A DNA stretch of 64,000 nt from Escherichia coli (lineage in GTDB: Bacteria > Pseudomonadota > Gammaproteobacteria > Enterobacterales > Enterobacteriaceae), in assembly GCF_029227855.1 (NCBI RefSeq), contig NZ_CP074356.1, one strand, 5' to 3'. Below are positions 1 through 11,423 of the stretch, one piece after another (the stretch's first letter is position 1; every line of letters begins with the position of its first letter). Below the pieces are notes generated by a model. The model searched no databases and was not told the DNA's origin. It saw only the letters and a list, made by a program, of their open reading frames with translations. Both the position numbers and the translations under genes were made by a program.

Positions 1-1224
1 GCCGACGACCTTACCGGACGTGAGAAGCATGAAGTTGCTCTGAACCGTCCGCCAAAAGTGACGAAAACCTATGAGCTGAAAGCCAATGGTGAGGTGAAGT
101 TTACGGTTCCTTACGGTGGTCTGATTTATATCAAGGGCAACAGCCCACAGAATGAGTCAGCCGAATTCACCTTTACTGGTGTGGTGAAAGCGCCGTTCTA
201 TAAAGATGGCGCATGGAAAAACGCTCTGAACTCCCCTGCGCCGTTGGGCGAGCTGGAATCAGACGCTTTCGTCTACACCACGCCGAAGAAGAACCTTGAG
301 GCCAGCAATTTCACTGGTGGCGTAGCAGAATTCGCTAAAGATCTGGATACCTTTGCCAGCTCGATGAATGACTTCTACGGACGTGATGGCGAAAACGGTA
401 ACCACCGGATGTTTACCTATAAAAACTTGACGGGCCACAAGCATCGTTTCGCCAACGATGTGCAGATCTCCATCGGTGATGCGCACTCTGGTTATCCGGT
501 AATGAACAGCAGCTTCTCGACGAACAGCACCACGCTGCCGACGACGCCGCTGAACGACTGGTTGATCTGGCACGAAGTAGGGCACAACGCTGCAGAAACG
601 CCGCTGACTGTACCGGGCGCGACCGAAGTGGCGAACAACGTGCTGGCGCTGTACATGCAGGATCGCTATCTCGGCAAGATGAACCGTGTCGCTGACGATA
701 TTACCGTCGCGCCGGAATATCTGAACGAGAGCAACGGTCAGGCATGGGCGCGCGGCGGTGCGGGTGACCGTCTGCTGATGTACGCGCAGCTGAAAGAGTG
801 GGCAGAGAAAAACTTTGATATCAAACAGTGGTATCCAGAAGGTGACCTGCCTAAGTTCTACAGCGATCGTGAAGGGATGAAAGGCTGGAACCTGTTCCAG
901 TTGATGCACCGTAAAGCACGCGGCGATGATGTTGGCGAAACCAAGTTTGGCGAAAGAAATTACTGTGCCGAATCCAACGGTAACGCTGCCGACAAGCTGA
1001 TGCTGTGTGCATCCTGGGTCGCTCAGACGGATCTTTCGGAGTTCTTTAAGAAATGGAATCCGGGCGCGAATGCTTACCAGTTGCCGGGAGCGAGCGAGAT
1101 GAACTTCGAGGGCGGTGTGAGCCAGTCGGCGTACAACACGCTGGCGTCGCTTGATCTGCCGAAACCGCAGCAAGGGCCGGAAACCATTAACAAGGTTACC
1201 GAGTATAAGATGTCTGCCGAGTAA
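1..1224 (+). CDS. sslE: SslE/YghJ secreted lipoprotein metalloprotease, C-terminal part (5' end lies outside the window)
   Basis: Reading frame is open from base 1 to the stop at 1224; HEVGH zinc-protease motif present (WLIWHEVGHNAAE); sits immediately upstream of pppA-yghG-gsp as in the E. coli yghJ locus. Confidence 0.85.
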   Translation, partial: ADDLTGREKHEVALNRPPKVTKTYELKANGEVKFTVPYGGLIYIKGNSPQNESAEFTFTGVVKAPFYKDGAWKNALNSPAPLGELESDAFVYTTPKKNLEASNFTGGVAEFAKDLDTFASSMNDFYGRDGENGNHRMFTYKNLTGHKHRFANDVQISIGDAHSGYPVMNSSFSTNSTTLPTTPLNDWLIWHEVGHNAAETPLTVPGATEVANNVLALYMQDRYLGKMNRVADDITVAPEYLNESNGQAWARGGAGDRLLMYAQLKEWAEKNFDIKQWYPEGDLPKFYSDREGMKGWNLFQLMHRKARGDDVGETKFGERNYCAESNGNAADKLMLCASWVAQTDLSEFFKKWNPGANAYQLPGASEMNFEGGVSQSAYNTLASLDLPKPQQGPETINKVTEYKMSAE

Positions 1225-1227
1225 GCC

Positions 1228-1335
1228 TGTATGCCGGATAAGGCGTTCACGCCGCATCCGGCATGAAATAAGGCGCACCGGGTTGCGCCAGCTTATCGGG
1301 TCTGGAGGAAAGCCGTATGGCATACACTTGCAGGC
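1228..1335. repeat. REP/BIME palindromic units between sslE and pppA
   Basis: Motifs gccggataaggcgttcacgccgcatccggca and related imperfect palindromes typical of E. coli REP elements. Confidence 0.6.
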
Positions 1336-1371
1336 CCGCATCCGGCAAGTTACAACAAACAACCTTTAACC

Positions 1372-2181
1372 ATGCTTTTTGATGTTTTTCAGCAATACCC
1401 CGCGGCGATGCCCATACTGGCAACCGTCGGAGGATTGATCATCGGCAGTTTTTTGAATGTGGTGATTTGGCGTTACCCCATCATGCTACGCCAACAAATG
1501 GCGGAGTTTCACGGTGAAATGTCGAGTGCGCAGTCAAAAATAAGCCTTGCGCTGCCGCGTTCGCACTGTCCGCATTGCCAGCAGACTATCCGCGTTCGTG
1601 ACAATATTCCGCTGCTCTCCTGGTTGATGCTCAAAGGGCGCTGCCGCGACTGTCAGGCGAAAATCAGCAAGCGTTATCCGCTGGTCGAGTTATTGACAGC
1701 ACTCGCTTTTTTGCTGGCGAGTCTGGTCTGGCCGGAAAGTGGATGGGCGCTGGCGGTGATGATATTATCCGCCTGGCTGATTGCCGCGAGCATCATCGAC
1801 CTCGATCACCAATGGCTGCCCGATGTTTTTACTCAGGGCGTATTGTGGACCGGGCTGATTGCGGCATGGGCGCAACAGAGTCCGTTAACACTACAAGACG
1901 CAGTTACCGGCGTACTGGTGGGATTTATCACTTTTTACTCTCTGCGCTGGATAGCCGGAATAGTTCTGCGTAAAGAAGCATTAGGCATGGGCGATGTATT
2001 ATTGTTCGCTGCGTTAGGTAGTTGGGTGGGGCCGTTGTCGCTACCCAATGTTGCTTTAATCGCCTCATGCTGCGGCCTGATATATGCCGTTATTACAAAA
2101 AGAGGATCAACCACACTGCCTTTTGGACCGTGTTTAAGTCTGGGCGGTATAGCAACACTTTATCTACAGGCATTGTTTTAA
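1372..2181 (+). CDS. pppA: prepilin peptidase (GspO-type) of the T2SS
   Basis: 269 aa polytopic membrane protein with a CxxC...CxxC cytoplasmic cysteine cluster (HCPHCQ...CRDCQ) and D-box region; position between yghJ and yghG. Confidence 0.85.
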   Translation: MLFDVFQQYPAAMPILATVGGLIIGSFLNVVIWRYPIMLRQQMAEFHGEMSSAQSKISLALPRSHCPHCQQTIRVRDNIPLLSWLMLKGRCRDCQAKISKRYPLVELLTALAFLLASLVWPESGWALAVMILSAWLIAASIIDLDHQWLPDVFTQGVLWTGLIAAWAQQSPLTLQDAVTGVLVGFITFYSLRWIAGIVLRKEALGMGDVLLFAALGSWVGPLSLPNVALIASCCGLIYAVITKRGSTTLPFGPCLSLGGIATLYLQALF

Positions 2182-2246
2182 TGATAACCACGTCATTATC
2201 GAAGTGACATTTTTACTCTTATTAATAACCTTAGAGATTATTTACC

Positions 2247-2657
2247 ATGTCGATAAAACAAATGCCAGGGAGGGTATTAATATCGCTATTGTTGAGCGTT
2301 ACAGGATTATTAAGTGGCTGTGCCAGCCATAATGAAAATGCCAGTTTACTGGCGAAAAAACAGGCGCAAAATATCAGCCAAAACCTGCCGATTAAATCTG
2401 CGGGATATACCTTAGTGCTGGCGCAAAGTAGTGGCACGACGGTAAAAATGACCATTATCAGCGAAGCGGGTGCTCAGACCACGCAGACGCCAGACGCCTT
2501 TTTAACCAGCTATCAACGACAAATGTGCGCTGACCCGACGGTGAAATTAATGATTACCGAGGGAATTAATTACAGCATAACGATTAATGATACACGTACA
2601 GGTAACCAGTATCAGCGGAAACTGGATCGTACCACCTGTGGAATAGTCAAAGCATAA
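2247..2657 (+). CDS. yghG: T2SS pilotin lipoprotein for the GspD secretin (YghG/AspS-like)
   Basis: 136 aa with lipoprotein signal peptide and lipobox (LLSGC); conserved position upstream of gspC. Confidence 0.8.
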   Translation: MSIKQMPGRVLISLLLSVTGLLSGCASHNENASLLAKKQAQNISQNLPIKSAGYTLVLAQSSGTTVKMTIISEAGAQTTQTPDAFLTSYQRQMCADPTVKLMITEGINYSITINDTRTGNQYQRKLDRTTCGIVKA

Positions 2658-2674
2658 CGTCGGGTAGATATAAA

Positions 2675-3634
2675 TTGGCGCGGGTTGTTTTTCGTGACGC
2701 ACGAATTTATCTCATTCAATGGCTGACAAAAATTCGTCACACTCTTAACCAGAGACAATCTCTTAATACAGACAAAGAGCATCTGCGAAAAATTGTACGC
2801 GCGATGTTCTGGCTGATGCTGCTTATTATTTCTGCAAAAGTGGCGCATTCACTCTGGCGCTATTTCTCCTTTTCTGCGGAATATACGGCGGTTTCCCCAT
2901 CGGCGAATAAACCGCCCCGTGCAGATGCAAAAACGTTCAATAAAAATGACGTGCAATTAATCAGCCAGCAAAACTGGTTTGGCAAATATCAGCCTGTCGC
3001 CGTGCCGGTAAAACAACCTGAACCTGCGCCTGTGGCAGAAACACGTCTTAATGTGGTGCTGCGCGGGATCGCCTTTGGTGCCAGACCTGGCGCGGTTATT
3101 GAAGAAGGCGGCAAACAGCAGGTCTATTTGCAGGGGGAACGGCTTGGTTCTCACAACGCGGTGATTGAGGAAATCAATCGCGACCATGTGATGCTGCGCT
3201 ATCAGGGAAAAATAGAGCGCCTGAGCCTGGCTGAAGAGGAGCGTCCCACCGTTGCCGTGACCAACAAAAAAGCTGTCAGTGACGAAGCAAAGCAAGCCGT
3301 TGCTGAACCTGCTGTCAGTGCGCCAGTTGAGATCCCGACTGCCGTGCGTCAGGCACTGGCGAAAGATCCGCAGAAAATTTTTAACTATATCCAGCTTACG
3401 CCTGTGCGTAAGGAGGGGATTGTCGGTTATGCAGTGAAGCCGGGGGCAGATCGTTCTCTGTTCGATGTCAGCGGTTTCAGGGAAGGCGATATCGCCATTG
3501 CGCTAAATCAGCAGGATTTCACTGATCCACGAGCAATGATTGCTCTGATGCGGCAGTTACCTTCAATGGATTCCATTCAACTTACGGTTTTACGCAAGGG
3601 TGCGCGCCACGACATTTCCATCGCGCTGCGCTAA
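2675..3634 (+). CDS. gspC: T2SS inner-membrane protein GspC (start codon uncertain)
   Basis: Single N-terminal transmembrane segment, linker and C-terminal PDZ-like region; first gene of the gspC-M block. Confidence 0.8.
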   Translation: MARVVFRDARIYLIQWLTKIRHTLNQRQSLNTDKEHLRKIVRAMFWLMLLIISAKVAHSLWRYFSFSAEYTAVSPSANKPPRADAKTFNKNDVQLISQQNWFGKYQPVAVPVKQPEPAPVAETRLNVVLRGIAFGARPGAVIEEGGKQQVYLQGERLGSHNAVIEEINRDHVMLRYQGKIERLSLAEEERPTVAVTNKKAVSDEAKQAVAEPAVSAPVEIPTAVRQALAKDPQKIFNYIQLTPVRKEGIVGYAVKPGADRSLFDVSGFREGDIAIALNQQDFTDPRAMIALMRQLPSMDSIQLTVLRKGARHDISIALR

Positions 3635-3663
3635 CCGCATTTAATCCAGGAGAATCATTCATC

Positions 3664-5724
3664 GTGTTTTGGCGTGATATTACGTTGTCGGTCTGGCGTA
3701 AGAAGACAACTGGCCTCAAAACAAAAAAGCGTTTACTGCCGCTGGTGCTGGCAGCGGCATTATGCAGTTCACCGGTCTGGGCGGAAGAAGCCACTTTCAC
3801 CGCTAATTTTAAAGATACCGACCTGAAATCGTTCATCGAAACCGTCGGCGCTAACCTTAATAAAACCATCATTATGGGGCCGGGCGTACAGGGGAAAGTG
3901 AGTATTCGTACCATGACCCCGCTCAATGAACGCCAGTATTACCAGCTATTCCTTAACCTGCTGGAAGCACAGGGGTATGCCGTCGTACCGATGGAAAACG
4001 ACGTGCTGAAGGTGGTGAAATCCAGCGCCGCGAAAGTCGAGCCACTGCCACTGGTCGGTGAAGGCAGCGACAACTACGCGGGCGATGAAATGGTCACCAA
4101 AGTAGTGCCGGTACGTAATGTGTCGGTCCGCGAACTGGCACCGATTTTGCGCCAGATGATCGACAGCGCAGGCTCAGGCAACGTTGTTAATTACGATCCC
4201 TCCAACGTAATTATGCTCACCGGACGCGCCTCCGTCGTAGAGCGCCTGACGGAAGTGATCCAGCGTGTGGATCATGCGGGAAATCGCACTGAAGAGGTGA
4301 TCCCGCTGGATAACGCCTCGGCTTCGGAAATCGCCCGCGTGCTGGAAAGCCTGACCAAAAACAGCGGCGAGAACCAGCCAGCAACGCTGAAATCTCAAAT
4401 TGTCGCTGATGAACGCACCAACAGTGTGATTGTCAGTGGTGACCCCGCCACGCGGGACAAAATGCGCCGCCTGATCCGTCGGCTGGACTCAGAAATGGAA
4501 CGCAGCGGCAACAGCCAGGTGTTCTATCTCAAATACAGCAAAGCCGAAGATCTGGTCGATGTACTGAAGCAGGTCAGTGGCACGCTCACGGCGGCTAAAG
4601 AAGAGGCGGAAGGCACGGTCGGTAGCGGGCGTGAGGTTGTCTCCATCGCCGCCAGCAAACACAGTAATGCCCTGATTGTTACTGCGCCGCAGGACATCAT
4701 GCAGTCGCTGCAAAGCGTGATTGAACAACTGGATATTCGCCGTGCTCAGGTGCATGTCGAGGCGTTGATCGTGGAAGTTGCTGAAGGCAGCAATATCAAC
4801 TTCGGCGTGCAGTGGGCGTCGAAAGATGCCGGATTAATGCAGTTTGCTAACGGTACGCAGATCCCTATCGGTACGCTGGGCGCAGCCATTTCTCAGGCAA
4901 AACCGCAGAAAGGCTCCACGGTGATCAGCGAAAACGGTGCCACCACCATTAACCCGGATACCAACGGCGATCTCTCCACGCTCGCTCAGCTTCTTTCCGG
5001 CTTTAGCGGTACGGCGGTTGGCGTGGTGAAAGGCGACTGGATGGCGCTGGTACAGGCGGTCAAAAACGACTCCAGCTCGAACGTGCTCTCCACGCCGAGC
5101 ATCACTACGCTGGACAACCAGGAAGCCTTCTTCATGGTGGGCCAGGACGTTCCGGTATTAACTGGATCTACCGTTGGCTCCAATAACAGCAATCCTTTCA
5201 ACACGGTAGAAAGGAAAAAAGTCGGCATCATGCTGAAAGTTACGCCGCAGATTAACGAAGGTAACGCGGTACAGATGGTGATTGAGCAGGAAGTGTCGAA
5301 GGTGGAAGGACAGACCAGCCTCGACGTGGTGTTTGGTGAGCGCAAACTGAAAACCACCGTGCTGGCTAACGATGGTGAGCTAATTGTGCTTGGCGGTCTG
5401 ATGGACGACCAGGCGGGAGAAAGCGTGGCGAAAGTGCCGCTGCTTGGCGATATCCCATTGATTGGTAACCTGTTTAAATCGACGGCGGATAAAAAAGAAA
5501 AACGTAACCTGATGGTGTTTATCCGTCCGACCATTCTGCGTGACGGTATGGCGGCAGACGGCGTGTCGCAGCGCAAATATAACTATATGCGCGCCGAACA
5601 GATCTATCGCGATGAGCAAGGCTTAAGCCTGATGCCGCACACCGCGCAGCCGGTACTGCCAGCGCAAAATCAGGCCTTACCGCCGGAAGTACGTGCGTTC
5701 CTTAATGCCGGGAGAACGCGTTAA
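3664..5724 (+). CDS. gspD: T2SS outer-membrane secretin GspD
   Basis: 686 aa with signal peptide, N domains and C-terminal secretin domain ([15 protein letters not shown] motif); apparent GTG start. Confidence 0.9.
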   Translation: MFWRDITLSVWRKKTTGLKTKKRLLPLVLAAALCSSPVWAEEATFTANFKDTDLKSFIETVGANLNKTIIMGPGVQGKVSIRTMTPLNERQYYQLFLNLLEAQGYAVVPMENDVLKVVKSSAAKVEPLPLVGEGSDNYAGDEMVTKVVPVRNVSVRELAPILRQMIDSAGSGNVVNYDPSNVIMLTGRASVVERLTEVIQRVDHAGNRTEEVIPLDNASASEIARVLESLTKNSGENQPATLKSQIVADERTNSVIVSGDPATRDKMRRLIRRLDSEMERSGNSQVFYLKYSKAEDLVDVLKQVSGTLTAAKEEAEGTVGSGREVVSIAASKHSNALIVTAPQDIMQSLQSVIEQLDIRRAQVHVEALIVEVAEGSNINFGVQWASKDAGLMQFANGTQIPIGTLGAAISQAKPQKGSTVISENGATTINPDTNGDLSTLAQLLSGFSGTAVGVVKGDWMALVQAVKNDSSSNVLSTPSITTLDNQEAFFMVGQDVPVLTGSTVGSNNSNPFNTVERKKVGIMLKVTPQINEGNAVQMVIEQEVSKVEGQTSLDVVFGERKLKTTVLANDGELIVLGGLMDDQAGESVAKVPLLGDIPLIGNLFKSTADKKEKRNLMVFIRPTILRDGMAADGVSQRKYNYMRAEQIYRDEQGLSLMPHTAQPVLPAQNQALPPEVRAFLNAGRTR

Positions 5725-7217
5725 TGGTGCCTGTAGCACAGGAAACCACCGCTAACACCGTGCGTCTGCCCTACAGTTTCAGCCGTCGGTTTAGCCTGGT
5801 GGCATGGTGCGAAGCGTCGCTGGAGATCCTCCATGTTCATCCGTTGTCGCTCTCTGTTTTGCAGGAGCTGCAGCGGGGGCTGAACGCGCCCTTTACGCTG
5901 CGGCAAATCGACGAAGCCGAATTTGAACAGCGGCTGAATGCGGTTTGGCAGCGTGACTCTTCCGAGGCTCGCCAGCTGATGGAAGATCTCGGTTCTGCCG
6001 AGGACTTTTTTACCCTCGCAGAAGAACTGCCGGAAACGGAAGATCTGCTGGAAAGTGACGACGATGCGCCGAGCATCAAACTGATCAACGCCATGCTGGC
6101 AGAGGCGATTAAAGAAGGCGCTTCGGATATCCACATCGAGACGTTTGAAAAGAGTCTGGTGATCCGTTTTCGTGTTGACGGCACATTACATGAAATGCTG
6201 CGTCCGGGGCGCAAACTGGCCTCGCTGCTGGTATCGCGTATTAAGGTGATGGCACGGCTGGATATCGCCGAAAAGCGCGTACCGCAGGATGGCCGTATTG
6301 CGCTGCTGCTGGGCGGTCGGGCGATTGACGTGCGTGTCTCCACCATGCCATCCGCCTGGGGCGAGCGCGTGGTGCTGCGACTGCTGGACAAAAACCAGGC
6401 CCGCCTGACGCTGGAGCGTCTGGGTTTAAGTCACGAACTGACCGCGCAGTTGCGCCAGCTACTGCACAAACCGCACGGCATCTTTCTGGTGACGGGGCCG
6501 ACGGGTTCCGGCAAAAGCACCACGCTGTACGCCGGATTGCAGGAGCTGAACAACCATTCGCGTAACATTCTCACGGTTGAAGATCCCATCGAATACATGA
6601 TTGAAGGGATCGGTCAGACACAGGTTAACACCCGCGTCGGCATGACCTTTGCCCGTGGCCTGCGCGCGATTTTGCGTCAGGACCCGGATGTGGTGATGGT
6701 CGGTGAAATCCGCGATACCGAAACCGCAGAAATCGCCGTTCAGGCGTCGCTCACTGGGCACCTGGTCCTTTCCACGCTGCATACCAACACGGCGGTGGGG
6801 GCGATTACGCGTTTGCAGGATATGGGCGTGGAGCCTTTCCTGCTCTCTTCCAGTCTGACGGGTGTGATGGCGCAGCGACTGGTCCGCACGTTGTGCCCCG
6901 ACTGCCGTCAGGCCGCGCCTGCTACTGACGAAGAAAAACGCCTGCTGAGGATTACCGACGCGCGTACTGTCACGCTGTACCATCCGCAGGGCTGCCCCGC
7001 CTGTAATCACAAAGGTTTTCGCGGACGTACTGCCATCCATGAGTTGATCGTGGTGGACGCCACATTGCGTGATCTGATCCACCGTCAGGCCGGGGAACTG
7101 GAGCTGGAACGTTATGTCCGACAACACTCTGCGGGTATCCGCAGCAACGGCATTGAGAAAGTGCTCGCCGGAGAAACCTCTCTCGATGAAGTTCTGCGGG
7201 TAACCATGGAGGCGTAA
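5724..7217 (+). CDS. gspE: T2SS ATPase GspE
   Basis: Walker [10 protein letters not shown], Asp and His boxes, tetracysteine motif (CPDC...CPAC); translationally coupled to gspD. Confidence 0.9.
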   Translation: MVPVAQETTANTVRLPYSFSRRFSLVAWCEASLEILHVHPLSLSVLQELQRGLNAPFTLRQIDEAEFEQRLNAVWQRDSSEARQLMEDLGSAEDFFTLAEELPETEDLLESDDDAPSIKLINAMLAEAIKEGASDIHIETFEKSLVIRFRVDGTLHEMLRPGRKLASLLVSRIKVMARLDIAEKRVPQDGRIALLLGGRAIDVRVSTMPSAWGERVVLRLLDKNQARLTLERLGLSHELTAQLRQLLHKPHGIFLVTGPTGSGKSTTLYAGLQELNNHSRNILTVEDPIEYMIEGIGQTQVNTRVGMTFARGLRAILRQDPDVVMVGEIRDTETAEIAVQASLTGHLVLSTLHTNTAVGAITRLQDMGVEPFLLSSSLTGVMAQRLVRTLCPDCRQAAPATDEEKRLLRITDARTVTLYHPQGCPACNHKGFRGRTAIHELIVVDATLRDLIHRQAGELELERYVRQHSAGIRSNGIEKVLAGETSLDEVLRVTMEA

Positions 7218-8440
7218 TGGCACTGTTTTACTATCAGGCGCTGGAGCGTAATGGTCGCAAAACCAGAGGTATGATTGAGGCGGATTCCGCGCGTCATGCC
7301 CGCCAGTTGTTGCGCGGTAAAGAGCTTATCCCCGTGCACATTGAAGCACGGATGAATGCTTCGACAGGGGGAATGTTGCAGCGTCGGCGGCACGCACATC
7401 GTCGCGTGGCGGCGGCAGATCTGGCGCTGTTCACGCGCCAACTGGCAACGCTGGTACAGGCAGCAATGCCGCTGGAAACCTGTTTACAGGCGGTCAGTGA
7501 GCAAAGTGAAAAACTGCATGTAAAAAGCCTCGGAATGGCGCTGCGCAGCCGGATTCAGGAAGGCTATACCCTGTCGGACAGCCTGCGCGAACATCCCCGC
7601 GTCTTTGACTCCCTGTTTTGTTCGATGGTCGCTGCCGGAGAAAAATCCGGCCATCTCGACGTGGTGCTTAATCGCCTGGCGGATTACACCGAACAGCGGC
7701 AGCGTCTGAAATCACGCCTGCTGCAGGCCATGCTCTACCCGCTGGTACTGCTGGTGGTGGCAACGGGCGTGGTCACTATTTTGCTGACGGCAGTAGTGCC
7801 GAAAATTATCGAACAGTTTGATCATCTCGGACACGCGCTGCCTGCCTCCACCCGCACGCTCATCGCCATGAGCGACACGTTACAGACCAGCGGCGTTTAC
7901 TGGCTGGCGGGATTGCTGGGGCTTCTGGTGCTGGGGCAACGGCTACTCAAAAATCCTGCCATGCGCCTGCGCTGGGACAAAACCGTGCTGCGCCTGCCTG
8001 TGACGGGGCGTGTTGCGCGCGGGCTGAATACGGCGCGTTTTTCCCGCACCTTAAGCATCCTCACCGCCAGCAGTGTTCCGCTGCTGGAAGGCATTCAGAC
8101 CGCCGCCGCCGTGTCGGCAAATCGTTATGTCGAGCAACAACTGCTGCTGGCGGCAGATCGCGTCCGCGAAGGAAGCAGCCTGCGCGCCGCGCTGGCGGAT
8201 CTGCGCCTGTTCCCGCCGATGATGCTGTACATGATCGCCTCCGGCGAACAGAGCGGCGAACTGGAAACCATGCTTGAGCAGGCCGCAGTCAACCAGGAAC
8301 GGGAATTTGATACCCAGGTGGGGCTGGCGTTGGGGCTGTTTGAACCGGCGCTGGTGGTGATGATGGCGGGCGTGGTGCTGTTTATCGTCATCGCCATCCT
8401 CGAGCCGATGCTGCAACTGAACAATATGGTTGGAATGTAA
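7217..8440 (+). CDS. gspF: T2SS inner-membrane platform protein GspF
   Basis: 407 aa polytopic protein with the duplicated GspF/PilC architecture; overlaps the gspE stop. Confidence 0.9.
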   Translation: MALFYYQALERNGRKTRGMIEADSARHARQLLRGKELIPVHIEARMNASTGGMLQRRRHAHRRVAAADLALFTRQLATLVQAAMPLETCLQAVSEQSEKLHVKSLGMALRSRIQEGYTLSDSLREHPRVFDSLFCSMVAAGEKSGHLDVVLNRLADYTEQRQRLKSRLLQAMLYPLVLLVVATGVVTILLTAVVPKIIEQFDHLGHALPASTRTLIAMSDTLQTSGVYWLAGLLGLLVLGQRLLKNPAMRLRWDKTVLRLPVTGRVARGLNTARFSRTLSILTASSVPLLEGIQTAAAVSANRYVEQQLLLAADRVREGSSLRAALADLRLFPPMMLYMIASGEQSGELETMLEQAAVNQEREFDTQVGLALGLFEPALVVMMAGVVLFIVIAILEPMLQLNNMVGM

Positions 8441-8456
8441 TTTACGGAGTTATCAC

Positions 8457-8912
8457 ATGAATTCGTTATCCCGCACACAAAAACCACGGGCAGGTTTTAC
8501 CCTGCTGGAAGTGATGGTGGTGATTGTTATTCTTGGCGTCCTGGCAAGTCTGGTGGTGCCTAACCTGCTGGGCAACAAAGAGAAAGCCGATCGGCAAAAA
8601 GCCATCAGCGATATCGTGGCGCTGGAGAATGCGCTGGATATGTACCGACTGGATAACGGGCGTTATCCGACCACCGAGCAGGGGCTTGAGGCGCTGATCC
8701 AGCAGCCAGCCAATATGGCGGACGCCCGCAACTACCGTACCGGTGGATACATCAAACGGCTGCCAAAAGATCCGTGGGGCAATGATTATCAGTATCTCAG
8801 CCCGGGTGAAAAAGGGCTGTTTGATGTTTACACCCTGGGGGCAGATGGTCAGGAAAACGGGGAGGGCGCTGGCGCAGATATCGGTAACTGGAATTTGCAG
8901 GAGTTTCAGTAA
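8457..8912 (+). CDS. gspG: T2SS major pseudopilin GspG
   Basis: Prepilin leader ending in G followed by FTLLEVMVV; start placed at the internal Met of the 8430 ORF. Confidence 0.9.
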   Translation: MNSLSRTQKPRAGFTLLEVMVVIVILGVLASLVVPNLLGNKEKADRQKAISDIVALENALDMYRLDNGRYPTTEQGLEALIQQPANMADARNYRTGGYIKRLPKDPWGNDYQYLSPGEKGLFDVYTLGADGQENGEGAGADIGNWNLQEFQ

Positions 8913-8915
8913 TCA

Positions 8916-9479
8916 GTGCCTGAACGCGGATTCACACTTCTGGAAATCATGCTGGTGATTTTCCTTATCGGCCTAGCCAGTGCGGGCGTGGTACAGACAT
9001 TTGCAACCGATTCTGAATCGCCCGCGAAAAAAGCGGCACAGGATTTTCTGACTCGCTTTGCGCAGTTTAAGGACAGGGCCGTAATCGAAGGGCAAACACT
9101 CGGTGTGCTGATCGACCCGCCTGGCTATCAGTTTATGCAGCGTCGTCAGGGGCAGTGGTTGCCCGTTTCTGCGACCCGGTTATCGGCACAGGTTACGGTG
9201 CCAAAACAGGTGCAGATGCTGTTACAACCCGGCAGTGATATCTGGCAGAAGGAGTATGCGCTGGAGCTGCAGCGTCGTCGCCTGACGCTGCACGATATTG
9301 AACTGGAGCTGCAAAAAGAGGCGAAAAAGAAGACGCCGCAGATCCGTTTTTCGCCTTTTGAACCCGCCACGCCGTTTACGCTGCGCTTCTTCTCGGCGGC
9401 GCAAAACGCATGTTGGGCGGTAAAACTGGCACACGATGGCGCGTTATCCCTCAGTCAATGTAATGAGAGGATGCCATGA
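8916..9479 (+). CDS. gspH: T2SS minor pseudopilin GspH
   Basis: Prepilin-type N-terminus (GFTLLEIMLV). Confidence 0.85.
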   Translation: MPERGFTLLEIMLVIFLIGLASAGVVQTFATDSESPAKKAAQDFLTRFAQFKDRAVIEGQTLGVLIDPPGYQFMQRRQGQWLPVSATRLSAQVTVPKQVQMLLQPGSDIWQKEYALELQRRRLTLHDIELELQKEAKKKTPQIRFSPFEPATPFTLRFFSAAQNACWAVKLAHDGALSLSQCNERMP

Positions 9480-9847
9480 AGCGCGGATTTACCTTGCTGG
9501 AAGTGATGCTCGCACTGGCGATTTTTGCGCTGGCTGCCACGGCGGTGTTACAGATTGCCAGCGGTGCGCTGAGTAATCAGCACGTTCTTGAGGAGAAAAC
9601 GGTAGCAGGCTGGGTGGCTGAAAACCAGATTGCGCTGCTCTATCTGATGACCCGCGAGCAGCGGGCGGTCAGCCATCAGGGCGAGAGCGATATGGCAGGA
9701 AGCCGCTGGTACTGGCGAACCACACCGCTGAGTACAGGCAACGCGCTGCTCCAGGCCGTGGATATTGACGTCAGCCGTCACGAAGACTTTTCGTCGGTGA
9801 TTCAGTCACGACGCGCCTGGTTTAGCGCCGTGGGAGGCCAACTGTGA
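9476..9847 (+). CDS. gspI: T2SS minor pseudopilin GspI
   Basis: Prepilin-type N-terminus (GFTLLEVMLALAIF); overlapping start/stop with neighbours. Confidence 0.85.
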   Translation: MKRGFTLLEVMLALAIFALAATAVLQIASGALSNQHVLEEKTVAGWVAENQIALLYLMTREQRAVSHQGESDMAGSRWYWRTTPLSTGNALLQAVDIDVSRHEDFSSVIQSRRAWFSAVGGQL

Positions 9848-10449
9848 GAAGGACTCGCGCTGGTTTCACGTTACTGGAAATGCTGGTGGCGATAGCCATT
9901 TTTGCCTCGCTGGCACTGATGGCGCAGCAGGTGACTAACGGCGTCACACGCGTGAATAGCGCCGTCGCCGGACACGATCAAAAACTAAACCTCATGCAGC
10001 AAACGATGAGTTTTCTGACCCACGATCTGACACAAATGATGCCGCGTCCGGTAAGAGGCGATCAGGGCCAGCGTGAACCAGCGTTACTGGCAGGCCCTGG
10101 CGTGCTGGCGTCTGAGAGTGAAGGGATGCGCTTTGTGCGTGGCGGCGTGGTTAACCCGTTGATGCGTCTGCCACGCAGTAATCTGCTCACCGTCGGTTAC
10201 CGCATTCATGACGGCTATCTCGAACGGTTAGCCTGGCCGCTGACCGATGCCGCAGGCAGCGTGAAGCCGACAATGCAAAAGTTGATTCCGGCGGATTCGC
10301 TCCGCTTGCAGTTCTACGACGGCACGCGCTGGCAGGAGAACTGGTCGTCAGTACAGGCGATCCCTGTGGCGGTGCGCATGACCCTGCATTCGCCGCAATG
10401 GGGCGAGATTGAACGCATCTGGTTGTTACGCGGGCCGCAATTATCATGA
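9844..10449 (+). CDS. gspJ: T2SS minor pseudopilin GspJ
   Basis: Prepilin-type N-terminus (GFTLLEMLVAIAIF). Confidence 0.85.
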   Translation: MRRTRAGFTLLEMLVAIAIFASLALMAQQVTNGVTRVNSAVAGHDQKLNLMQQTMSFLTHDLTQMMPRPVRGDQGQREPALLAGPGVLASESEGMRFVRGGVVNPLMRLPRSNLLTVGYRIHDGYLERLAWPLTDAAGSVKPTMQKLIPADSLRLQFYDGTRWQENWSSVQAIPVAVRMTLHSPQWGEIERIWLLRGPQLS

Positions 10450-11423
10450 TCACCTCACCACCAAAACGCGGAATGGCACTGGTCGTGGTGCTGGTATTGC
10501 TGGCGGTTATGATGCTGGTGACCATCACGCTTTCCGGGCGAATGCAGCAACAACTTGGGCGAACGCGCAGCCAGCAGGAGTACCAGCAGGCGCTGTGGTA
10601 CAGCGCCAGTGCGGAAAGCCTGGCGTTGAGCGCACTCAGTCTGAGCCTGAAAAATGAAAAGCGCGTGCATCTGGCGCAGCCGTGGGCTTCCGGCCCTCGT
10701 TTTTTCCCACTGCCGCAGGGGCAAATCGCCGTCACTCTGCGTGACGCACAGGCCTGCTTTAACCTGAATGCCCTCGCTCAGCCGACGACGGCGTCGCGTC
10801 CGCTCGCGGTACAACAACTGATTGCCCTGATCTCGCGCCTTGATGTACCTGCTTATCGGGCCGAACTGATAGCCGAAAGCCTGTGGGAGTTTATTGACGA
10901 AGACCGCAGCGTGCAGACGCGTCTGGGTCGTGAAGACAGCGAGTATCTCGCCCGCTCGGTGCCGTTCTACGCCGCTAATCAACCGCTGGCGGATATCAGC
11001 GAGATGCGCGTGGTGCAGGGAATGGACGCCGGGCTTTATCAAAAACTGAAACCGTTGGTCTGTGCGCTGCCGATGGCCCGCCAGCAAATCAACATCAATA
11101 CCCTGGACGTCGCGCAAAGTGTGATTCTTGAGGCGCTGTTTGACCCGTGGTTAAGCCCTGTTCAGGCGCGGGCATTATTACAACAACGTCCGGCGAAGGG
11201 CTGGGAAGATGTCGATCAGTTTCTTGCTCAGCCGCTACTTGCAGACGTCGATGAGCGTACTAAAAAACAGCTAAAAACCGTCCTGAGCGTGGACAGCAAT
11301 TACTTCTGGCTGCGTTCAGATATCACCGTGAATGAGATTGAACTGACGATGAACTCGTTAATTGTTCGCATGGGCCCACAACACTTTTCTGTTCTCTGGC
11401 ATCAGACAGGAGAAAGTGAGTGA
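10446..11423 (+). CDS. gspK: T2SS minor pseudopilin GspK
   Basis: 325 aa with N-terminal hydrophobic segment; position after gspJ. Confidence 0.85.
   Translation: MITSPPKRGMALVVVLVLLAVMMLVTITLSGRMQQQLGRTRSQQEYQQALWYSASAESLALSALSLSLKNEKRVHLAQPWASGPRFFPLPQGQIAVTLRDAQACFNLNALAQPTTASRPLAVQQLIALISRLDVPAYRAELIAESLWEFIDEDRSVQTRLGREDSEYLARSVPFYAANQPLADISEMRVVQGMDAGLYQKLKPLVCALPMARQQININTLDVAQSVILEALFDPWLSPVQARALLQQRPAKGWEDVDQFLAQPLLADVDERTKKQLKTVLSVDSNYFWLRSDITVNEIELTMNSLIVRMGPQHFSVLWHQTGESE

Noticed and set aside
259-1362. 367 aa ORF on the minus strand
   Set aside because: Lies entirely antisense to the well-supported sslE coding region and has an Arg-rich, low-complexity composition typical of shadow ORFs in GC-rich genes.
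5837-6391. 184 aa Ser/Arg-rich ORF on the minus strand inside gspE, and similar antisense ORFs inside gspF, gspJ/K, kpsC, kpsD, galP and metK
   Set aside because: All are embedded antisense in conserved genes, lack ribosome-binding sites and have biased composition; treated as spurious.
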